A stretch of DNA of 33,627 nucleotides, from the NCBI RefSeq assembly GCF_001194135.2, contig NC_068990.1, positions 36,264,476 through 36,298,102 of the forward strand, in the 5' to 3' direction. This document shows, piece by piece, positions 1-9,890 of the stretch. The first letter of the stretch is position 1; every line of letters starts with the position of its first letter. Under the pieces are notes generated by a model. That model saw only the letters and a program-made list of their open reading frames with translations. It searched no databases and had not been told where the DNA came from. Source of the stretch: Octopus bimaculoides (Eukaryota). A program made the translations under genes and the position numbers.

Positions 1-469
1 ATATACACACACACATAAATACACACACACACACATATAGTCTCACTCTCATATTACACATAGACACACATTCATACATTCACATGCACAAATGTCAGTA
101 CATCCCACCATCCTCCAGTGTTTGTGTGAGAACGGTGCATATTATATCTGCTGGGAAATCTCGTCATTTAATTAACATCAAGGTCAGTTATTGCACACAT
201 GTGCACGTGTTGTTGCAAACCTTGCAACACAAATAACAACATACTTTCTCTCAGCTAACATTGTTTGCAAATGCATAGTTAAGGGAGCTTTTCTGTTTCT
301 TTGTCATGCATTCATAGGCGAGACTTAAGTAACGGCATACACCTTTGTGTGAACGATTATAAGTATACTAAAGTTATTCTATACTGAACACTTTTCATAC
401 CTTTTTCTCATGGTTGATACAAAACATGAAACACATAATTAACATAGAAGACAGAAATGTGCATGCATC

Positions 470-707
470 TGTGTGTGTGTGTGTCTGTGTGTGAGTTTGT
501 GTATTTATTAATATACACAAACATGCATATATAAGCTGTATATATAAGTATACATACACACATATATATATATATATATATATATGTACGTACATATACA
601 TTTATATATATACACACACATATTATATATACATATGCACATATACATGCATGTACATGTACATACATTGATGTACATATCTATATACACATACATGTAT
701 GTATCAC

Positions 708-764
<57 letters not shown>

Positions 765-826
765 GTTTATCTATATAGATAGATAGATAGATAGATAGAA
801 AGGCATATATCGATATATAGATATAT

Positions 827-862
<36 letters not shown>

Positions 863-886
863 GCACACACATACATACATGTATCA

Positions 887-933
<47 letters not shown>

Positions 934-960
934 CATATATATCTGTGTGTGTGTGTGTGC
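470..960. repeat. Compound (TA)n/(CA)n/(GATA)n microsatellites; similar tracts at 1-100, 6050-6090, 6745-6800, 25985-26310, 27162-27300, 31788-31860
   Basis: Directly visible. Confidence 0.95.
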
Positions 961-1704
961 TTAATCAGAAGTGATATTCCAAAAGTGACAGAAGGGCCAA
1001 GAGTTTGGCACATGGCACTTATCAAAGAGACATGATAAGTGCCATGCATGAACATTTTGGCCCTTGCGTCACTTTTGCAACTTTTCTGCCAAATTATGAA
1101 AAAAAAAAAAAATTAAAAAAAAAAGAAATTCATATTGAATTCTATCTCTCCTGTTTGTTCCCCAAAACTATACATCAATTTACACACGTAGATAGTCTGT
1201 ACTATATTCTACAATAATTCTGACAACAATACCTACCTATCACATGAGTTTTTATTTCCAATTCAATTTTTACTGAAACAGGCCACCATTGGCAGTTTAT
1301 CAATTTCAGCGACTATATTCTGGTATCTAGAGTTACCAAGTCATATTTTGGAAACTAAAGCAATTGAGAATGAGAAATGTCAACTTACTCAGCCAAAACA
1401 TGTCTGACACTTAACTCACAAAAAAATAAAGAAATGGAAAATAAGAAAAGATCTCAAATAATACTATAGAAATGGAAGTCACTGAACTGGACACACAGGA
1501 GAGATAACTGCTGATACTGATGCTGACAAGTAATGCATCTGCATAGAAGTACGTGCTGCATGTGTGGGGAAATTTAGACATAGTAGAAGATAACTAAAGG
1601 TAATAATTCAATATTTCTGATTATCATCTTCCTCTTCAATGCATCATTCTATTTCACTTTGTTAATGCTCAGTGTTTAGGTGTCTATCCAATGACGCCAT
1701 CCAA

Positions 1705-1900
1705 ATAATCCTTTCTACTATAGACCTCGAATTTTGTGGGAGGAGGTGAGCTAATTACACCGACCCTACTGCTTGACTGATATTTATTTTACTGATCCCA
1801 GGAAGATGGAAAGCAAAGTCACCTCTGCAGAATTTGAACTCGGAACATAAAGACGGATGAACAGCTGCTAAGCGTTTAGTCTGAGGTGCTAATGATCCTG
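1705..1900 (-). mobile_element. Old SINE family B; more degenerate copies at ~4335-4450, ~12684-12780, ~22900-23040, ~29520-29665
   Basis: aaagcaaagtcacctctgcagaatttgaactcggaac homology to family B. Confidence 0.65.
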
Positions 1901-1915
1901 CTGGTTTGAGTGTAT

Positions 1916-2178
1916 TAAAAAAAAATAAATGCACCCTTTTAAAGCCTAGCCAGGCTCATGGGCCTGGTTTCCCGGTTTCAATGGCGTATGTGTTCCCCAG
2001 CTGGACGGGACGCCAGTCCATCGCAGCGTTACTCATTTTTGTCAGGTGAGTGGACTGGAGCAACGTGAAATGAAGTGTTTTGCTCAAGAACACAATGCGT
2101 TGCCCGGTCCAGGAATCAAAACCGCAATCTTATGATCATGGTGCTGACACCCTAACCATTAGGCCACGCGCCTCCACA
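1916..2178 (-). mobile_element. tRNA-derived SINE family C with 12-bp TSD; central GCGATGGACTGGCGTCCCGTCCAG motif like V-/Meta-SINE cores
   Basis: TSD gtttgagtgtat at 1904-1915 and 2179-2190; A-box TGGCCTAATGG, B-box-like TTTGATTCCT; superfamily assignment is from memory. Confidence 0.8.
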
Positions 2179-2331
2179 GTTTGAGTGTATACCATCCAAA
2201 TAATGACAGGCACAAGAACTACATATTGAAGAAATAGAAGCAAATGTATATATACGAATATTTGAAACAACAAAGAACTGCATGCTACCGGCAGAGAGAC
2301 AAGAGAGAAGAAAAAAACAATATAAATCACT

Positions 2332-2427
2332 TTAAATACATCAGATGCCCCTACTGGAATCATTACATACCATTGAATTATTTAAATGGTATGTAATGAT
2401 TCCAGTAGGAGCATCTGATGTATTTAA
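2332..2427. repeat. Near-perfect 96-nt palindrome/hairpin (43-bp arms, 10-nt loop) bounded by TTAA
   Basis: 2332-2374 is the reverse complement of 2385-2427 with one mismatch (C2349 vs A2410). Confidence 0.95.
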
Positions 2428-2635
2428 TCATTCAGCATTTAAATCATCCATATCTGGCCCAAATATTCTTCCTGCTTAATCTTCAAACTAGCCAGATCCG
2501 GCCTCTCACACCTACCTTGCAATGTCATTCTAAAAATAAACACTTGAAGCAATGGGATAATGCATCTTTAATTCAGAACAATGTGAATAAATACACATTA
2601 CATTCGATATAGTAATTTGAATGTTAAAGGGTTAA
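2424..2635. mobile_element. piggyBac-like non-autonomous element, copy 1
   Basis: Ends ...aatgttaaaGGG|TTAA, degenerate left end TTAA|tcattcagcattt; internally homologous to 2774-3004. Confidence 0.55.
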
Positions 2636-2773
2636 ACAGAACTGTTATAAATGAAAGAATATATTTGTATTTAAGCTAAAGCTAAAGCTGATTAATAAAT
2701 GGTGTAGTGCTTCCACCAGAAAGAACTAGTGTATCTAAACACAGCTGTTATAAACCAAACAGTATTTTAATAA

Positions 2774-3004
2774 TTAAATCCCTTAGTATTGAAACTGGTC
2801 ATATCCAGCCAAAAATATTCTACTTTATTTTATCTTTAAACTGATCAGATGTGACCTCTCATACCTTCCCTACAATAGCATTCTAGAATTTAATAGTTAC
2901 CTCATCAAAATCTCAGAGCTACAAGGTAATGCATGATTAATTCGAAACAATGGGAATTAATAAGCATTACTTTTGACAGAATAATGTGAATGCTAAATGG
3001 TTAA
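2774..3004. mobile_element. piggyBac-like non-autonomous element, copy 2
   Basis: TTAA|atcccttagtatt ... aatgctaaatgg|TTAA termini; same internal sequence as copy 1. Confidence 0.55.
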
Positions 3005-3059
3005 ACTCAGCAAATCCTCAAATGAAGTCCCACCCTGACTCAACACATGAATATACACA

Positions 3060-3460
3060 GTGGTCTTGGTAGTAGTAATAAGGGTGATAATAATAGGTGG
3101 GTAGTGGCAGTAGTACTGGAGGTGGTTTCCGTGGTGGTGGTGGTGGCATTGAAGGCGTTGGTGGAGGATGTAGCAATGGTACTTATAGTTAGGGTTGATG
3201 GTAACAAAGGTAGCTATGGAGCTGGTAGCGGTGGTAGGTGGTAGTGGATGCAGATTTGAAAGCAGTGGAAGAGGTAGCAGAGGTAGCAGCAAAAGAAGTA
3301 ACAGTAGTAACGGAGGTGGTGATTGTAAATTGTTGTAGTGGCGGCGGCGGAGGAGGAGGAGGAGGAGGGCCTTGGTAGAGAGATAGAGATAGATACTGTC
3401 ATTGTACAAACACTGACGCTGATGATAGCGAAAGTGGTGATGATGGTGATGGAGACAGAG
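3060..3460. repeat. Cryptic trinucleotide (GTG/GTA/GAG) low-complexity tract; similar (ATG)n tract at 27725-27845
   Basis: Directly visible; explains the spurious ORFs here. Confidence 0.85.
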
Positions 3461-3739
3461 GATGTACTCCTTGTGAGAAGTAGTAGTGTTGGAATGAGAT
3501 TATCAAATGTCAACTCGTTCTCATCATACTCACATCCTCTCTTCCATGCTCACATCGCTTGGATGGAATTTGTTGAGGCAGATTTTCTATGGCTGGATGC
3601 CCTTCCTGTCGCCCACCCTCACCTGTTTCACAGAACGTTAGGAACGAACAACAATCTGCATGACAAGGATGCTTGTACATAACTATCATGTAATGTCAAA
3701 GAAGACAATAAAACACACACACATAGATACATATAGATA

Positions 3740-3886
3740 TACAACAAGCTTTATGCAGTTTCCATCAACCAAATCTATTCACATGGCTCTAATCAGTTTG
3801 GGGCTATAGTAGAAGACCCAAGGTGTCAACACAGTGGGACTGAATCCATGTGGATGGGTTGGTTGCAAACTTCTTACTACACAGCC
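3740..3886 (-). mobile_element. SINE family A 5' half; further partial copies at ~9360-9450 (+), ~11880-11930 (+), ~14490-14550 (+), ~16815-16970 (-)
   Basis: Homology to the family A head and body. Confidence 0.7.
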
Positions 3887-3957
3887 GGGTCTGTGTCAAT
3901 AGCCATACCTAGGCCAATACTCTAAAATAAGCACCATCATGCTATCATGATTATCCT

Positions 3958-4331
3958 CGGCTTGAGAAGACCTGTTGGGGCAAGCAAAATCGTGATGGCA
4001 CCTGTGCCCAATGTTGCCTTCCTGGCACATGTAAAGACATTCGAGCGAGATCGTTGCCAGCGCCACTGGACTAGCTTCTGTGCAGGTGGCACGTAAAATA
4101 CACCATTTCGAGCGTGTCTGTTGCCAGTACCGCCTGACTGGCCTTCGTGCTGGTGGCACGTAAAAGCACCCACTACACTCTCGGTGTGGTTGGCGTTAGG
4201 AAGGGCATCCAGCTGTAGAAACTCTGCCAAATCGGATTGGAGCCTGGTGTAGCCATCTGGTTCACCAGTCCTCAGTCAAATCGTCCAACCCATGCTAGCA
4301 TGGAAAGCAGACGTTAAACGATGATGATGAT
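3958..4331 (+). mobile_element. RTE 3'-UTR copy (truncated LINE or SINE-like) with ~65-nt subrepeats, GGAAGGGCATCC motif, CCATGCTAGCATGG palindrome and (GAT)n tail
   Basis: Direct homology to 33150-33627 and 30230-30552. Confidence 0.85.
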
Positions 4332-5019
4332 ACATATTTTGTCAATACTGAAAAGATGAAGAGCAAAACTAAGGTTTAGAGGAATTTGAACTTTAAATGA
4401 GATGAAACTAGATACCGTTTAACATGAAGTTAGCAGCTCACTCATTCCAACCACTTGTATCAAAGACAACCTAACAAAAATGTTATTCTGCTACAGTACA
4501 ACGATAATGGTAATGAATGCATCAACAAATCTCAGTGAACTGTAATACATTTTCATTTTTATTTTCATAGCAAAACAGAAAAGAGCATGGCTGGACTTGA
4601 ACCTACAATCTCAGTGGACAGAATGCATTTGCTGTCCCTCTGATCAGTAATTTCTCAGCAAAATATACCAGTAATTAATTTGATATATCAGTCAGCCGCC
4701 TTACAAATACTACAAATGATATAAGCTTAGTGAACATAATAGTTAATGTCTCTGATTTCATTCCATTGTTTAATAGTTAATTGTATTACAAATAATATGT
4801 GGTGTGCATCATAGATTGTCATTGATTTTGTTTCGTAGTCAAAGCTTTACATATGTCGACCATAACAGAAATAATAATATAGATCACAAAGTTAGTTTAT
4901 TTTACTATGCCTTTGTAAATTCTTGATTATTCCCAAAGTTAATTAAAACACATAATTAGTGTGTTTCATTAGAAGTACAGGAGGGAAAAGATTAAAAGAA
5001 GGGAAAAAAAAGTACTTAC

Positions 5020-5085
5020 TGTGGTTTCCACCTTCATCTCCTGATTCATCTGTACCAGATGAAGATATAGTTATGGGGTCATCAC
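5020..5085 (-). CDS. CAAP1: CAAP1-like 66-nt exon (G)DDPITISSSGTDESGDEGGNH
   Basis: Acceptor ctttattatttcag, consensus donor ACA|gtaagt; phase 1-1 matches the phase-1 end of exon 21979-22063; acidic Ser/Asp/Glu tract is what follows the conserved domain in CAAP1. Confidence 0.75.
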
Positions 5086-5734
5086 CTGAAATAATAAAGG
5101 TCATGAGATGTAAAATCATTTAAACTGATGAACTAATTAATGCTTTGCATCAGTCTTTCCATACTGGCAGAGTTAGAAATGCTTATTCTGAGGTTTTACT
5201 TTACTGATAGAGGCCTTACTTGTTATCATCCCTTTTTAGTCACCACTTACACCATTGAGGGACATGGCATATCTTTTTTTATAACTGAGATACACAAGGC
5301 AGATGAAAATGTAATTCAAATAGAAAAGTGATTTATTAATACACAAAAATTGTTATAATTGTTGCTGTTGTTTAACTCCGGATCATCAGACCCTAATTGG
5401 GTAGGTCTTTAATTATATGTGTTTCTTTCATGACCATTCTCAATTTGTTTTCAGTTTTAATATGTCTCACACTATACTAACCAATGTAGGTTTCCTTTTC
5501 TAGGATTTGAGGAATATTTTAGCGCTAATTCCAGGAGGTTGTACAACCATATAGATCTTACCTCATTGGCTCATATTGGAGTTTGCTGGTATTCACTTGA
5601 CTAGGAACCACACCTTTTTTTGTTCATATTCCCCAAAGATTCCTGATCTCTCTCTCTCTCTCATACACACAGAGTTTTGTATATACACAAGAGAGAAAGA
5701 CTACTCAATACATGGATTACAGTATATTTATTCA

Positions 5735-5962
5735 TATTTCTTTATTGCCCACAAGGGGCTAAACATAGAGGGGACAAACAAGGACAGACAAAGAGATTAA
5801 GTCGATTACATCAACCCCAATGTGAACTGGTACTTAATTTATCGACCCCAAAAGGATGAAAGGCAAAGTCGGCCTCAGCGGAATTTGAACTCAGAACATA
5901 GCGGCAGACAGAATACCACTAAGCATTTCGCCCGGCGTGCTAACGCTTCTGCCAGTTCGCCA
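5735..5962 (-). mobile_element. tRNA-derived SINE family B with 19-bp TSD
   Basis: TSD attacagtatatttattca at 5716-5734 and 5982-6000; head GGCGAACTGGCAGAAGCGTTAG, B-box GAGTTCAAATTCC. Confidence 0.9.
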
Positions 5963-6048
5963 TCTTAAGTATTACAGTATAATTACAGTATATTTATTCA
6001 ATTATATCAGACTATATGAGTACTGCAGTTATTCCATGTTTAACATTA

Positions 6049-6089
<41 letters not shown>

Positions 6090-6743
6090 GAGGTGATGGA
6101 GTTGATTGCCTGGGTGTGTGTTTGTGTACATGTGTTCATGTGAGTGTTTTTATGAGTAAGAAATGTGGTCATTGAATTTAAACAATGCCCATCTATAAGG
6201 GTGGATGACCTGAGCCAGAGGTCAATGACCATCTATCAAACCCATAAATGCAGTGCAACCCCATCAAGGATTTTGAGTGTAACATTCCTGACTCTCTTGG
6301 CAACCCCTACACCTGGCTGTCCCTTTCAGACATATTAGCTTAGCCTTTCTTAACAGCCAAAGAGACCTCGGCCACAGAAACCTTTGGTAAATGTACGAGG
6401 ACCACTCAAAGTGGCTTAAATCAGTATTAAGTTGTTTTTTTTTTGGGGGGGGGGGGTTTCTCATTTTGTCAGGAACCACAAATATCTTGTTTTGTGTGAG
6501 TGTGTATTTACACACACACAAATATATATGATCCGAAATCACCATGATATGGTGCCCTCGTTTGCTTAGGGAACTTGTTGCCCTTGTTAGTGTAACAGAA
6601 AATGTTCTGTCTGTGGCTAAAAGTTGTTTTAACTATTATTTCTAGCAATGCTGGTGCTTACTTGCACCCTTAGTCACTTTTAGTGACATCTGTACTTGTA
6701 TCATTTGGTTTTGAATTGCGACTAGCCCCTTTAATAGTGTGTA

Positions 6744-6800
<57 letters not shown>

Positions 6801-7278
6801 CTTAAAAGATGACCTCAAAGTTTCACTAAAAGTATTTTTTTTTTCTAAATACAAAGCACTTTTGCAAAGTCAAAGACCACGTCTGTCAAAATACTAAAGT
6901 CACTGTCATGTTTAAATAAATCGAAAATAAATTTTATTCAACATATTGACTCCTTTATCCTACAGATGCATTATGTGTCTGCACATTTCCTTCTTACATC
7001 TAATATCATCATCATTTAAATGGTCATTTTCCAGACGTTCAATGATGATAATAATAATAATAGATGTAAGAAGCAAATGCACAGACACGTAATACATCTG
7101 CCAAATAAAGTATATTATTTTACACACACACATACACACACATATATACATATAAACAGTAATACAAAGGGAAGAATTTCGATTATCCCTGTGTGGAGAG
7201 TTGTAATGCAAAAGATAAATATTAAATAAAAGAAGGAAAATCAGACAGTCTACATAGTTTTAATATATTTTTTAATGT

Positions 7279-7863
7279 AAGGCAGCGAGCAGGCAGAAAC
7301 ATTAGCACACTGGGCAAAATGCTTAATGGTATTTCGTCTGTCTTTATGTTCTGAGCTCAAATTCCACCGAGGTCGACTTTGCCTTTCATCCTTTCGGGGT
7401 CAATAAATTAAGTGCCAATTGCGTACTGAGGNNNNNNNNNNNNNNNNNNNNNNNNNNNNNNNNNNNNNNNNNNNNNNNNNNNNNNNNNNNNNNNNNNNNN
7501 NNNNNNNNNNNNNNNNNNNNNNNNNNNNNNNNNNNNNNNNNNNNNNNNNNNNNNNNNNNNNNNNNNNNNNNNNNNNNNNNNNNNNNNNNNNNNNNNNNNN
7601 NNNNNNNNNNNNNNNNNNNNNNNNNNNNNNNNNNNNNNNNNNNNNNNNNNNNNNNNNNNNNNNNNNNNNNNNNNNNNNNNNNNNNNNNNNNNNNNNNTGG
7701 TATTTCGTCTGTCTTTATGTTCTGAGCTCAAATTCCACCGAGGTCGACTTTGCCTTTCATCCTTTTGGGGTCGATAAATTAAGTACCAGCTGTGTACTAG
7801 GGTCAATCTAATCAACTGGTCCCCTCCCCAAAAATTTCAGGCCTTGTGCCTAGAGTAGAAAAG
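7279..7863 (+). mobile_element. SINE family B split by N-gap 7432-7697; one insertion
   Basis: 17-bp TSD aatatatttttt(a/g)atgt at 7262-7278 and 7864-7880. Confidence 0.85.
7432..7697. other. Assembly gap; others at 20338-20785, 26204-26213, 26443-26452, 26828-27161, 32048-32692
   Basis: N runs. Confidence 1.
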
Positions 7864-8096
7864 AATATATTTTTTGATGTATTCTTAATATATTTTGTAT
7901 TGTGTTTGTCAACCAGTTTTGCCTTCACTAATCATGACATTGAAACTATTGTAATTTCGTATTTTCTCAATTTCAATGTCATAATTATTGAAAGCGAAAC
8001 CAGTCAAGAAATACAAAATATATTAAAATATATATTAAAACCTATGTAAAGTGTGTGCATTTTCCTTCTTTTATTTTACATAAATATAGATATATA

Positions 8097-9318
8097 TCAA
8101 GTTGAGTGAAAAGTAAGCAATGTTTTGAACCATGAAGAATTTGTACCAGATATGTGCAGAGTTTTGAATTGTCTGATAATGCAGACATAAACATGCCCAA
8201 TTGCATCAATAAATTAACATTGACATTTTCACTGTTGTTACAATAATCTGAAATGGAACTGTCAAAGCGCAATATTCAAGCAATTTTGCTATTCAACTTT
8301 AGAAAAGTATGTAAAGCAGTTGAAAATGCTCATGATATCAATGAAACGTTTGGCGAGGAAATGACCAGTGAGTGGTCAGCTAGAAAATGGTTTAAACGAT
8401 TTCGCAGTGGAGACTTGAGCCTTGAAGATCATGAGCATAGTGGATGTCAATCTGTCAATTAAAGATCATCATTGAGAAAGATCCACATAAAACCACTCGA
8501 GAACTAATAAAAGAACTTCAAGGTAGCCAGAAAACTGCAAGCAACCATCTGAATGTGATCGGAAAATCAAAAAAACTCAACAAATGGACACTACAGGATT
8601 TGAATGAAAATCAGAAAATGCACAGATACGAAATTTGCTTGTCACTTCTCTGTAACTAGACCAATCCATTTCCTGACCGTATTGTAACTTGCGATGAAAA
8701 GTGGATCCTCTACAATGATAAAAAATGTTCTTTGCAGTGGTTGGACCAAAAGGAAGTACCAAAAACCTTCCCTAAACCCAAGCTCTTCAAAACGAAGGTT
8801 ATGGTGACTGTCTGGTGGTATACTGCTGGACTCATCTACTATAACTTCTTAAAACCTGGTAAAACCATTACTGCAGAAACTCATTGCCATGGAATTGCCA
8901 AAATGAACAAAAAACTGCTACTCCTCCATCCCAGACTGGTCAACAGAAGAGGGCCAATCATTCTTCTTGACAATGCTCGACCACACATTTCACTAATGAC
9001 ACTCCAGAAGTTGAGGGAACTTGGCTATGAAGTTCTTCTCTACCCAACTTATTCCCCAGACCTTTCTCCTACCGACTACCACTTTTTCAAGCACTGATGT
9101 TTTCTTGTGAGAGAAGGAGCTCAAAACTCAAACCAATGCTGAAAGTACATTCAAAGAGTTCATCATTTCCAAAACTCCACATTTCTATGTTACCAGAATA
9201 AACAAGCTTGTTACTCGGCAAAAAATGTGTTCATTGTCATGGATAAAATTTCTGCATTGTTGAAACATGTGATGAATTTCATGTTTCAAAACATTGCTTA
9301 CTTTTTACACAAACACAC
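8097..9318 (+). mobile_element. Mariner (Tc1/mariner, DD34D, Hsmar1/cecropia-like) transposon, decayed, ~1.22 kb
   Basis: Left TIR TA|tcaagttgagtgaaaagtaagcaatgttttgaaccatga (8097-8135) matches the reverse complement of 9279-9314; resembles the Hsmar1 TIR; outer right end eroded into (CA)n. Confidence 0.92.
8253..9245 (+). pseudogene. Mariner transposase pseudogene
   Basis: HTH N-terminus (WFKRFRSGDLSLED), WTLQDL (= WVPHEL), TCDEKW, DNARPH, YSPDLSPTDYHFF with exactly 34 residues between the second and third Asp; frameshifts near 8460, 9095 and 9225, stops at 8657-8659 and ~9110. Confidence 0.9.
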
Positions 9319-9587
9319 ATGCATGCATGCACACACACACACACACACACAGAGTTCAGTATGTCTCTTCTACTATTGCCCCAGGCTGAGTCAGAACACT
9401 GTGAGTGAATTTGGTAGACAGAAACTTAAAGAAGCATGTCATATATACATACAAACATACATAGATGTATATGTATGTGTGTATATACACATATATTTAT
9501 ATTCACTTAGTATGATCCATGTATGTATGTTTGTGTGTGTGTGAGAGAGAGAGAGAAAGAGAGAGAGAGAGAAAGAGAGAGAGACAA

Positions 9588-9618
<31 letters not shown>

Positions 9619-9749
9619 AAGAGAGAGAGAGAAAGAGAGAGAGAGAAAGAGAATGCCTGTTTGTGTCTTCTTGTCTTGATATTTAATGTTGTAAATGAAT
9701 GTCATTCATTTCCAAAATTCTGTGCAAACATGTCTGGCCATAGGGAAAT

Positions 9750-9890
9750 ATTACTCCCTTGGAACCAAGTAGGGGGCTGGAAATAGGAAGTCATCCAGCT
9801 ATAGAAAACCTGCCTCAATAAACTCCATCTAATCCATACAAGCATAGGAAAAGTGGATGGTATGATGATGATGATGATGATGATGATGAC
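9750..9890 (+). mobile_element. Old RTE-type 3' end; similar degenerate copies at ~3560-3680 (-), ~12090-12215 (+), ~16535-16640 (-)
   Basis: aggaagtcatccagctatagaaaacctgcc...(ATG)n tail. Confidence 0.6.

Noticed and set aside
402-469. Possible next CAAP1 exon on minus with an AAG|gtatga donor
   Set aside because: Acceptor is a (CA)n run with no pyrimidine tract, and the peptide (ACTFLSSMLIMCFMFCINHEKK) is hydrophobic and unlike the acidic CAAP1 C-terminal region
395-1055. Several 60-140 aa ORFs rich in Y/I/C/V/H/T (and similar ORFs at 20197-20944, 25883-27360, 30790-32888)
   Set aside because: Translations of (TA)n, (CA)n and (GA)n microsatellites or N-gaps
1916-2178. tRNA-like sequences with A and B boxes (also at 17420-17491 and in SINE A/B heads)
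   Set aside because: No complete cloverleaf; these are SINE heads with downstream cores, tails and TSDs
2993-3682. Overlapping ORFs with poly-V/E/L/T tracts
   Set aside because: Cryptic trinucleotide repeat plus an RTE tail remnant; no domain or splice support
6500-6735. Moderately GC-rich stretch with a short minus-strand frame (TIKGASRNSKPNDTSTDVTKSD*)
   Set aside because: No convincing acceptor, early stop and no recognisable homology
8253-9097. SETMAR-like domesticated transposase gene
   Set aside because: No SET domain or splice link; frameshifts, stops and both TIRs indicate a dead transposon
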